Positions 32,930-44,200 of a stretch of DNA of 64,000 bases are shown here, piece by piece. The notes under the pieces are model-generated. The model was not told where the DNA came from. It ran no database searches and saw only the letters and a program-made list of their open reading frames with translations. The position numbers were made by a program, and so were the translations under genes. This DNA is from Rhizaria sp. SCN 62-66 (taxonomy: Eukaryota), in assembly GCA_001724265.1 (NCBI GenBank), contig MEDY01000041.1:1-64000 (forward strand). Reading direction: 5' to 3'. Position 1 is the first letter of the stretch, and every line of letters starts with the position of its first letter.

Positions 32930-35070
32930 ATGTCAAGGTCGCTTGATACGCTTCCATTTCCGCCTCACTGGCGCGGTACGTTTGCTTTGTTGTCGTCCCT
33001 CGCACCCCGCTCTTATTCCCACCGTGATCGCGCCTCACAACCTTCATCTCTTTATCCCAAACTTCCCCAGCGGCTCTGAAAAGCGCGAACTTTCTCACAG
33101 ACGCGGATGTGCTGTCCACGAAGGCGCACCGCCTGGCGCGCGAGACGAGCCTGACGCGCGAGGAGGCCGAGCACATCCGCCGCATCACTCGCGCGCACGC
33201 CGCCTCGCTGCCCCCCGTCCTTGCGCACCCCGGTGCAGCTGCCACAGCAGCGGCAGCGGGGTCCGCATTCGCCGCGGACGCCGCGAGTGCTGGCGCGACC
33301 ACAAACCCCGCACATGCAGTGGCTGGCCCAGTGCAGGCGGTGACTGGCCCCGGGCGCGCGGTGACGGCGCTGGAGCTGGCGCGCCACGGCGGCGTCTACG
33401 CGCTTGCCAGCCGCGCCGCCGCCTCGGCCTCCGCTTAGCAGCAGCCGCAGCAGCAGAGGGAGACGACGCCCGTGTGGGTGGTTGAGAAGCGCGCGCCGAC
33501 CGCGCTTGAGCTGCAGCTCTTTTATCGCAGCAACAACGCCGCGAACACGACGATCAACGACGGCGACAGTGCGAGCAGCGCGAGCGGCGCAAGTGCGGGT
33601 GCGAGCGCGAGTGCCGCGGACGCAGCCGCTGACGAAACTGATACCAAAGAGAACGCTACCGTCGACATCAATAGCGCAAGCTCTACTCGCGCTCGCGACC
33701 GTAATCAGCAGCTGCAGCAGCAGCAACATTCTCAGCAGCAGCAGCACCGTCCCCTGTTCCCTTCTCTCTTCCCGTCTCTATTCCCCCATACTACTTACCG
33801 CACACGCACTGACGCTGCGTCTGCGTCCGGTCTCGGCGCGAGCGCCGCTGCGCCTTCATCTGCGGCCTCTGCGGCCTCCGCAGCCGCGGCTGCGTCCGTG
33901 TCATCGGCCGTGTACCCCGTGGTCACGCTTGTGCGCGGCATTGACGCGCTCCTCGGCGGCGGACTCCAGCGTGGGCTTGTGACCGAGCTGGCGGGTGCGC
34001 CGGGTGCTGGCAAGACGCAGCTGGCGCTGCAGGCCGCGTGCGCCGTTGCGCTGCCCGCCGCGGTCGGCGGCTGCGACGGCGAGGTCATCTACATCGACGC
34101 CGAGGGCGCCGTGCGGCCCGGCCGGCTGCGCGAGATCGCGGAGGGCGTCGCTGCTAGGGTCGCCGCAGTAAACGAGGCCACACGTGCGCTGGCGCTCGCG
34201 GAGGCGGCGGCAGCGGCGGAGGCGGCGACCAAGCAGAGCCTTATTGGCGACGACGATGGTGGCGACGATGGTGGCGATCACAAGAATGACTCTGGTGCTT
34301 GTCCACAGAGCCCCGCACAACGCGCCCCCGCACAACGCGCCCCCGCACAACGCGCCCCCGCGCACAGCGCTCCCGCGCTGCTGTCGCTGAGCGCGGACGA
34401 CGTCCTGCGGCGCATCCATCTCATGCTGCCGCTAGACCGGACCGAGACGGCCGCGGCTGTGCGCGCGCTGCCGCAGCTGCTGGCGGCGCGGCCGCGCGTG
34501 TGCCTCGTCGTCGTCGACTCGGTCGCCACGCACTTCCGCGTCGCGCCGCTCGCGAGCCCCGGCTTCGCGGTCAACAGCGCTGGCTCCAACACAGCAGGGA
34601 TCACCGCGGGCGGCGCGGGCGTCGTGGCTGTGGCTGAGACTGTGCGCGCGCGCGCCGAGGCTGTGGCGATGCTCGCGGCGCAGCTGCAAGCCGTGGCCTG
34701 TGCGCGCGGCGTTGCCGTGCTCAGCGTGAACCAGGTCACCCTCAAGGACACCAACACCAACGCCAACGCCAACGCCGGCACAGCGAGCAGCGCCAGCGCG
34801 TTCGCTGCGGGCGACCGCGACCGCGAGCGTGAGCGCGAGCATGAGCGTGAGAGGCGGCTGGTGCCTGTGTTCGCGGACGCGTGGGCGCCGCTTTGCGCGT
34901 ACCGGCTCATGCTCTTCTGGCGCAGGGGCCGGCGCGTAGCGAGGCTCACCAAGGCGCCCGTGTGCGGCGGCCGCGAGTGCGAGTACGTCGTCTGCGAGAC
35001 CGGCGTCCAGGACGTTGAGCAGGAGCAAGACCAAGAGTTTGATCAAGATCAAGAGCAAGAACAAGACTGA
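32930..35070 (+). CDS. RAD51C: RAD51 paralogue RAD51C; intron 32976-33070; in-frame TAG at 33436-33438
   Basis: The spliced N-terminus MSRSLDTLPFPPHWRAALKSANFLTDADVLSTKAHRLARETSLTREEA resembles the RAD51C N-domain. Also IDALLGGGL, Walker A ELAGAPGAGKTQLALQ, GGCDGEVIYIDAEG, Walker B LVVVDSVA, SVNQVT and RLMLFW. Confidence 0.85.
34311..34360 (+). repeat. Coding minisatellite, 15-bp unit CCCCGCACAACGCGC x3 (PAQRA repeats)
   Basis: Three perfect tandem copies plus a partial copy, inside RAD51C. Confidence 0.9.
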
Positions 35071-35271
35071 GAGTCGAGAGCAGCCTCGTGACTACGGTTT
35101 AAATAACATGATATAGATTCAAGTTATATAGATTTGGAATGACATTGGTAATAATAAATGTATTAATTATACGAATACATATTTAAAGGATAAACTAATG
35201 TAAATAATTTTATCTCTCGTAAGAAAGATCAACAGTCCCAAATTTGTTTCTCCTCACAATTGTTTAGTCGC

Positions 35272-38200
35272 TCACTCGCTCTCGAGTCCAGGCGGTGCAG
35301 GCAACAGCCCCAAGCGATCAAAGAACATCTTGATGGCGTCCGCAGTGGCCATAACGCCGTAGACCTCGATGCGCTCGAATAGCACGGCGCGGCGGTAGCC
35401 GTCGCGCACGATGCCCAGCGCGGACCGCACGTGCTGGTGGGCGCGCCGCCGCTGCAGCCGCGCGCGCACGCGCCGCCACAGCCGCTGGATCTTGACTGCG
35501 GCCTTGTAGCGCATCTGCCGCTCGAGGGCCTGCTCCTGCGCCGTCTGCAGCTGGCGCTTGACCGAGCGACTCACGGCCGCGAGCCCGGCGCGGATGCGCA
35601 CGGCGGCGTGGAGCTTGATGAAGGCCAGCGCCGAGACAAGCAGCGTCGGTGTGCTCAGCAGCGCGCGCACCGTCGGGGCGGCGTGCTCGCTGTCGGCGGC
35701 GAAGTGCTGTTGCTTCTGCTGCTCATGGTCACTTTGTGACTTGTGACTACTGCTCGTCTTGCTGGCGCTGTCAGGATGGTTCTTGTCGTCACCCGCAGTT
35801 TTGTGGTCGCCGTGGTCGTCGCCGGTGCTCTTGCGGTGGCTCGCGGCCTGCGCTTCCTCGCGCTTCCGCCGCATCGCCAACTTCTCGCGCCACGCAATCT
35901 GCACCAGCGTCACAAGCGCATTCACGTACGCAACTTGCTCCTTCGCCACCAGCTGCTGCGACCGCTGCGCCTTGCGTGCCAAGAACCCGCGGACACCGTT
36001 CTGCAGCACCTTGACCGCCGCCGTGGCCTTGGCGGGCGTGGTGCCGTACTCCTTGACCAGCTTGTACCGGCGCCGCTCGCGCACGCCGCGCCAGCGCCGC
36101 TGAATCTGCACGGCCGCGCGCTCAAGCACGGTGCGCCGACGCTGCCGGAACGCGCGCCACGCGCGCTGGATCACCAGGGCGGCGTGCGCACGTGCGCGGG
36201 CCTCAAGAGTGCGCGCGCGCGCCGCGAGCCTGCGCCGCCACGCGCGCTGGATCACGACCGCGGCCTGCGTGGCGCGCATCTCGCGGGGCGGGAAGTGGCT
36301 CCACGACCGCAGCTGCGGCGCAGCGAGCGTGGCCGCGAACACGCGGAACCGGTCTTCGGCAGCGGCCTCCGCGGCGGCGGCTGCGGTCGCCGCGGCGGTC
36401 GCAGTCGCGCGGGCGAGAGCAAGCGCGCTGGCGGCCGAGCCAGTGCTGGCGTGGGTCGCTGCCGCAGCGGCCGCGGCAGCGGCAGAGGCCGAGGCGGCGG
36501 CCGCAGCGGTCGCGGCAGCCATTCTCGTCGCCACTGCCTTTCCGTTGGTGAGGTCAATCGTAGCGGTACTGTTTGCGTTATTGGCGTTCGTGTAGTTATT
36601 GGCGTTGTTGTTGGCGTTCTCTCTCCGGGCCGCGCGCTGTAGCTTCGACTTGACTGCTCCCCAGTCGACGAGCTCGGACAGAGACGGCGGCCGCCCGCCT
36701 CCGCAGAGCGCCACGAGAGCCCGGCCGCCGCTCACAACAAGGCTGTTACTACCAGCGCTTGCACTTGCGTCGCTATAGCCATAGCTGGTCGAGTTGCTGT
36801 TCACAGATTGAGCGCCGCAGTCTCCGATTGCAGCAACGGGAACCCAAGCGTAGCTGTACGGCGTGTCTGCAGTCTCGAACTGACTGCCGGGTGGCTGCGA
36901 CACGGCGTCCGCTGCCGCAACTGACACGAGCGCTGGCGGCGGAAAGTGTGCAAAGGGGAATGCGCCGAAGTTGACGCTGATCGACGGCGGCGTCGGTGCA
37001 GTCGTCGCAGTCGACAGCGCTGCGAACAGAGCTGCAGAGGCTGCCGAGGCATCGTGACCGAGCGCTGCAGTTGCGGCGTCATCACCGTTGCCACTCCCAC
37101 TACCCGCAGCGCCAGACTCGGGGTCCGCGCCAGTCACAGAGGTCGCGGCGGCGGCGGAGGCAAAGAAGCCGCGGGAACGCGTGCGTGCGTGGCCAGCAGC
37201 GCGCATCGCCGCTGTCTCCGGGTTACCAGTGTTGCCGCTCGCGGGGCCGTGGTTAGCCCCCATAATGCCGCTACTGCGCGGGTTCAGCATGCCTGACCCG
37301 CCAGAGCCGGACGCAGCCGCTGACGCCGAGGACGACGAGAGGAGCTGCTGCAGTGCAATCTGCGACTGCGACGGCGCTGCCGCAGCCGCTAGCGCGCCCG
37401 CAGCGCCCCACGCGTCGCTCTCACCCAACACAACGCCGTTGGCGCCCGCGCCCGCAGCGGGGTTGCGGCGTCCCTGCGCGTTGTGCGCGGCTGCGGCGGC
37501 GCTGAGCCGCGCGTCGCGCGCGATGCGGTGCCACAGCGCAGGGTCCTGGCTCGGCAGCGCGGGCGTCGCGTGCTCGCCGTCTCCGCCTGAGCGCCCGAAG
37601 CGCGCCGGCGGCGCCGCGGCGGCTGCGGCGGCAGCGGCCGCGGCAAATGCGGCGGCGCGCAGCAGGCGGCGGGCGCCTGACGTGCCGGCGCGGGGCGCGC
37701 GCGGGAGTGTGAGTGCGGCTGCCACAGGCGCGCTGGAGTCGCGGGAAGAGCCCGCGCCGGCGCCCGCTGTGGCCGCGATCACGGCAGAAGCTGCAGCGGC
37801 AAGAGAGAACGCTGCTGCACTCGATTTATCATTGGCATTCGCACTCGCGCTATTACCACTGCTGTTGGTGTTGCTGCTGGCATTAAGAGGGCTCGAGTTG
37901 GGGCTGGCGTTTGAGTTCGAGGGCGAGAGCGTCGAGGCGGGCGCTGTTGCAGCCGCAAGCGCCAGTTTGGCTCCGATGGAGATTGCGGGGCCTACCGCGG
38001 CGTTACGGCCGGTCTGGAGAGGGAGGGAGAGCACCGTGGACGCGAGGGCGAGGGACTGGGGCCGACGTATCTGCGGCGGCTGAGACTGCTGGTGTTGCTG
38101 CGACGACGAGGATGCAGGAGCAAGAGCGGTTGATGACAGAGACATATTCGCATCGCCACTGATACCGCTGTTGAGCGCGTTCGTGCCAGAGCTCTTGCGC

Positions 38201-41200
38201 GCGCCGCTGCTGCTTCCGGTCCGGACGCGGGTGACGCTGGAGCGCCTGCTGCCGGGCCGGCTGCCACTGCCAGAGCTGCCGCCAGTGTTGGCGTTTGCCG
38301 CGGAGGACGAGGGAGTGCCCAGTTTGCCCCCAGATGCGCGCTTACCGGCGCTGGTGCCATTGTTCGCGGGCGGCGAAAGCGGGCCTGAGGCGCGCGAGGC
38401 GGGGCGGGAAGCGGGGCGGGACGAGCCTGGAGCCGGGGAAGCTGCTCGCGACTGAGTGCGCGACTGGGAGCGCGACTGCAAGTCCGAGTGGGGCTGGGAG
38501 TCGGGGCGCAGCTCCGGCCGTGACTGCGAGCGCGACTGCGGGGGAGGAGTAGCTGAGCCAGCATCAACACCAGCGCGCGCAGTCGCGTTGTCATCACGCA
38601 TCTTGCTGCCATCGCTGGTGTTGTTCGTAGTGCTAGAGGCAGTGTTAGCAGTGGCGTTCACGACTGTGTTGCTGCTGCTGCCGCCTCGTGACTGTGTGCC
38701 GCGCGAGTGAGAGCGCGACCCAGGCCTTTGCTCATCGGCAACGGGAGTTGCGCTGTTCTCGCGGTCGCTTTCACTGACACTCAGCGCGGCAGAGCCCTTA
38801 CGCGAGTGCTTGCCGACGGAGCTCTTGCGCGAGTGAGACGCCCCACCCAGAGAGCCCCTCGCAGGGTTAATCGCTGCACTTGCATTCGCGTTGTTAGGCT
38901 TGCCAGTCTCAGGCCCACTGGTTACAGCAGCAGCAACCTTTTGTTGCTGAGGTTGCTGTTGCGGGGGAGATGCATGTACGCCTACGAGCTGCGACTGGGG
39001 CGCTTGTGCGTTGCCTCCACCGACGCTAGCGCCGCTGTTGGTATTCGCGCTGGCGCTGGGGAGGTACGACTCGCCGACGGCGTCGACGGCGGCCGTGCCC
39101 AGCAGCGCCACGGCCGGCCGCATCACTTGCGCGGCCAGCGCCGCGGCCTGCGCTGCCCGCTCGCGCGGCCCCCACATCATCGCGTCGGCACCGAAGACGG
39201 CAAGGAAGGGTCCACCGTCGGCGGCGACGTAGAGCGTGCCGCCGCTGAGGTCGATCATGAACGACACCACGCATGCCGCGGACGGCCGCGGCAGCGCGCT
39301 GGGGTCGTGCGTGAACATGCAGCGCACGGGGGCACTAAGAACGCAGCCGTTCGCGCCGGCGGAGATCGTGCCCGCGCTTGAGAACACGACGCCGCTGTTG
39401 CTGGTGCTGTTAAGGTTGGGGGCGGCGTCTGCGGACAGGGGCGCAACCCAGCGCAGCGAGCCGGGCACGCCGGGCGCGGGGGAGGCAGCGGGCACAGCGA
39501 CGGCCGGGTCCGGGCCGTGGTCGCGCACTACCTTGTACACGGCGCCGAGCACGCTGAGGCCGACGCCGGCGCCGAGGCCGAACCCGCCCAGAGACATAAC
39601 GGGGTTGGAGCTGCTGCTGGAGTTCGCGTGCGACTGGGCGATGATGGGCGCGCCGTCCGGACCAGGGGCCGCGTTCACCGTCAGTGCCGGCGCGCCGACG
39701 ACGCCGGGCAGCGTGATGCCGCCCCAGACGAGCGTGCCGTCGGAGCACAGCGCCATGCCGCGGCTGTGCGTGTGGCCAAAGGAAAAGGCCGCCGCGGGTG
39801 CCGGCCGCGCGCGGTCGCCGACGCCGCTGCCGCTAGGATTCGCGCCGTTCGCAGACGCGGTCGCAGGGTTTGACTGCAGTTGCGCCGCGGCAGGAGGCAG
39901 GTCCAACGGATCGCTAATGACACCGGGAATACTATTGCTGCCATGAGCGCCGTGATTGTGGCTGTGCGAGGGAAAGCGGTTTGAGTCCGAGTCGCTGTCG
40001 CTTTGGCTCCCGTCGTTGCTGCCGTTCAAAACAGGCTTACTGCTACTGTGGGACTTAGCACTGAGCTTGCGGCCGTACGCGCCCCCGCTGCTGCCGTGCT
40101 CAGAGTCTGCGACGCTGTCAGCATGCGTAGCGCGATGAGACTCGTCCTCGTTGCTGTCTTCAGCATCATCGCCGCGAGACATTGCCGCAGCAGCCTCAGC
40201 CTCAGCAGCAGCAGCGGCGGCAGCAGCAGCGGCGGCGGCCGTGGCAGCTGCAGTCGCAGCCGCCGCCGCCGTTACATTAGAGCCTCCACTGGCATTGCCG
40301 GCGTTGCTCCCGGCAGCAACAGTGCCACTGGCAGCAGCCACCGCTTGCCCGCCCGCCGCAGCCGCAGCGGCCGCAGCAGCCGCCGCTGCAGCAGCAGCCG
40401 TGGCCCTGGCCCTGCGCGCGGCCCGCGCAGCGCGGTCCCTGGCGGCGCGCGCGCGCTTGAGCTGCTTCGGCGGCGCGGCGGTGGCGACGTGCGCGACGCC
40501 GGCCATCCAGCTCTCGCGCGTGCCGTGCGCGTGCAGCTCCCAGTAGCTGCGCGCGAAGCGGGTCAGGTAGTGCACGTAGCGCGCCACGGCGGCGCGCGCG
40601 GCCAGCACGGCCTGCGGCTGCGTCATCGCAGACAGCGCGGTCGCCGCCGAGACCAGGGTTGCCCACGCGGCGCCCACGCCCGTCGGCAGGAGCTGCGGCT
40701 GCGGCTGCTGCTGGCCGCCTGCAGCGGAGTTGCCGGTGTGGCCCGACCCAGATGCGGGAGCCGTGGAGGCTGCGGGGAGAATATCCGGGATGTCCACCAG
40801 GGACGAGAGACTGAGGCCGTGCTGCGAGACCAGGCTGAGCAGCACGAGAGCGCGCGCGAGGGCCGCCGGAGCCACATACGCCGCATTCAGGTTGGGGTTC
40901 GCAGTTGCGGCGTTGTTGCTGCCGTCGGCAGAGCTGGCGTCAGGAGGGAACGGAAACACGCAGGATCCCGGGGGCGCGGCGGCGACGAGCGCAGCCCTGA
41001 GCTCGTCGGCAACCACGGGCACCGAGGCCGAGGCCGAGAGCTGCGTCCAGCGGCGGCCCACGTGCTCCGCCGCCTGCGACAGCGCGTGCGTGAGCAACAC
41101 GTCGAGCTTCGCCAGCGACGCCGGCGGCGCGTTGACCGTGGAGCCACCCGTCGAGTTGGCGCTCGCGCTGGCGAGGCCGAGCGCGGTTGAGGCCGCCGCG

Positions 41201-44200
41201 CTGGCCGCCGCGACGCCCGCGGCCGAGGCGCCCCCGGCGGCGGCGTCCGCGGTGCCGGCGATGTCAGCAGCAATGGCGGCGGCGCGCCACTGGCGCAGCA
41301 CAGCCTCGGCGACGCCAGGCGCGGCGGTGAGCAGCAGCTCGAGCTGGTCCCACGGCTGCGAGGGCAGGAAGGCGGACGGCAGGAGGTCCGCAATGATGAC
41401 GGCGGCCACGGTCGCGCACGAGGCGTAGTCGCCGCGGGAGCGCGCGAAGGCCAGCAGCGCGTCGGAGCGGGACGGCAGCTGCGACGCGAACGACACGCCG
41501 CGGCCGCTCATGTCGACCATAGACGCCGCCGAGGCGCCGCCACCGCCGCCGCCGTACCTGCCTGTGCTGTTGCTGTGGTGGTGGCTAGAGGTGGGCGCGA
41601 TGGTCGCCATCGATGACGCGGGCAGCAGCGGGGCCGCGCCGGGCGCCAGGACGACGCCGCCGGGGCCGGGCGTCGAGGCCAGCGGCGCCGAGTCGAGCCG
41701 TGGCAACGGCAGCGCGGCGGCCGCAGCGGCGGGACGCAGGGCGCCGGCGCTCGCGGTGTTGGCGCTGCTGTTGATGAGGCTGATGGTCGTGTCCAGAGGA
41801 GCTGCCGCCGCGCCATTAGCGCTGATGGACTGTGTCGCAGAGAACGGAGCCGGTCCAGTGACGCGCGAGCCCGCGAACACGAGCGGGTGGTGGTGACTGG
41901 ACTCGCCACCCTCTTCGTAGACAACTAAACTGCGAGCGCTCGCGCTACTGCTGCTCGCACTGCTGCCACCGTATGACGCGGTAAGCGTCGACAGCGCTGC
42001 CATTGCTTCCGTCCCGGCAGCCTTATTCCGCGCACCCGCCCCAGCGCCAGCGTTTTGCTGCTGGTAGGCCGTGTACGCGCTCCCCTGCGCCGCGGCGGGC
42101 GCGCCGCCGCCGAAGCCAAGCAGCAGCCCGGGGGCGCGGTATGCGCGGTGCGTCAGCGTCGCGATGCTGTACCCGCCCACACTAGCGCTGTTGCAGTTGG
42201 CTGCGTTGGCATTCGCACTGTTGACGTGAGCGTTGTTGGCGTTGACATTAGCGTTCGAGAGCGGGGCGGGAGGGAGCCGGGGGATGATGTGCAGCGGGCG
42301 CGAGCCGAACGCGTAGCCCCAAGTCGGCGCGAGCAGAGCCCACAGCGCGCAGAGCGAGGGGGACACCGCGCCCGCGCCCAGGGCAAGCCCGTTGCCGCCG
42401 CTGGCGCTGTTGTGGAGGGACTTTGCGATGGTGAGCGCGGTGGGCGACGCCGCTGAGGACAGTGAAAGCGGCGACACCTCAGCGGAGCCGCCGTTCGCAC
42501 CGAGAGTGCCGGAGTTGCTGGGTAGCGCCAGGTGCTGAGCGTTCTCGGCAGTGCTCTGGTTGCGCCTGTGCTTGAACCCGCCGCCGCCGCCACCAGCGTT
42601 GCTGTTGTTGTAATTGGCCGTGGCCAGCAGCAGCCCTGTCGGCGATGCCAAATCCGCAGCCAGCCCGCTAAACACACTGATACCAGCGTTGGCACCGGTC
42701 GCGTTCGGGCCGTAGCGGCCGCTGCGCGCCGCCGCGGTGGCCTCAACGAGCCCCGCCCACATTTCGGCGACTGCGTTGTCGGTCACGGGCGCGCGCGACT
42801 GGTTGCGGAGCACCGCGCCGGCCCAGTGTGTGACCGTGGGCGCGTGCGCGGGCACGTGCAGCGTGACTGATGCAGAGGCCGGGTCCAGGCGCAGGCGGGA
42901 GACCTCGGCCGCAGCGGTCATGTCCGAAACCAGGCGCAGCGGCGGCACGCGCAGTGCACTGCCCTTGCCGCCGCCGCTGGAGCCACTCGTGCTGCCGCCA
43001 TGGGCGTGCGCCTGGGTCGCGGTGGGGGCGAGCCGGGCCCATAGCTGCGCGGCGGCGGACGCGGCGCCGAGAGACGGCGCGGGGCCGGATAAGGCGCGCA
43101 GCATGAGCAGGAACGGGGACAGCCGGCCCTGCGCCTGGCCCTGTCCCTGCGACTGCGGCTGCTGAGCTGTCTTGTTGTCGCTGTTGCTCTCAACCGCTGT
43201 GCCACTGCTACTGCTCCCACCGGCGTTGGTGTTGTTGGAAAGCGTGTTGGCCGCGGCGTCGACCAGCTGGGACGGAGTGAGCCCCAGCTCCCACCGCACG
43301 CCGGCCTCGGCCGCAGTCGCGCCGACGCCGCCGTTCACGCCGCCGCCGCGCTTATTGTTGTTGCCGTTGCCAGAGCTAGGCCCGGTCACCGTGCCTGCGC
43401 CCACCCCGGCAAGGCCATTGCCCCTGCCAATAGAGCTTGAGCCGGCGCTGATGCCGCCACTGGCGCTGCCATCGTAGCCCGAAGAGCCCTCAGCAACAGT
43501 CGCGTTCAGCACCGCGCTGACGGCTGGGTCAAGCGGCGCCGCGCCGTAGGGCGCGACAGCGTCCGCGTCCCGCGCAACGGAGCCGAACGCGGCGCCGACG
43601 ACCGGCGGCGGGGGGAGCGGGAAGGCCGCCGCGGCCACGGACGCGGGCGCGGCGGCGCGGGCGGCCTTGGCGGCGGGCGCGGCGGCGCCGAGGCGGGCCA
43701 GGTCGCCCGTGGTGCGCGAGTAGGTGTACGCGGCGTTGACGTACGGCAGCAGCGCGGAGCAGAAGACAAGCGAGAGCGGGTACGGCAACAGCGACGCCAT
43801 CGCCACGCCGGGGTCGTTCTCGCCGCTGCCGCTGCTGTCGAGGCTGTCGGCAGCGCCGGAGCCCATGAGACGCGCCTGCGGCTGCAGCAGCGACTGCGCG
43901 GTATCGCCGCCGGTCGCGCCCGCGCCAGTGCTTGACGGAGCGAGCGGCCCGTAGAGAAGCAGCGAGGGGTCGAGCACCCTGTTGTCGTGCAGCGCCATTG
44001 CACGTTTGACGACGGCAGCGCTGTTGCTGTTACCCGAGCCCTCGCCATTCTCGCCGCCCTCGACTGCGGCGACGACGACGGTGCTGCCGCTCACTGTGCC
44101 CGCGTTCGTGCCCGCACCGCCGCCCTGCTGCTGCTGCAGCGGCGCGATGCTGCTGACTGCGTCAGCGGCGTCCTGCCCGAGGCGCCCCAGCAGTGCGCAC

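Noticed and set aside
33436-33438. Pyrrolysine or selenocysteine recoding as the explanation of the TAG
   Set aside because: Pyrrolysine is not known in eukaryotic nuclear genes, selenocysteine uses TGA, and the site is in an unconserved linker.
32930-35070. RAD51C as a pseudogene or as two genes
   Set aside because: All motifs and the intron are intact, there are no frameshifts, and there is no AT-rich spacer or nearby ATG for a second gene. Disfavoured but not fully excluded.
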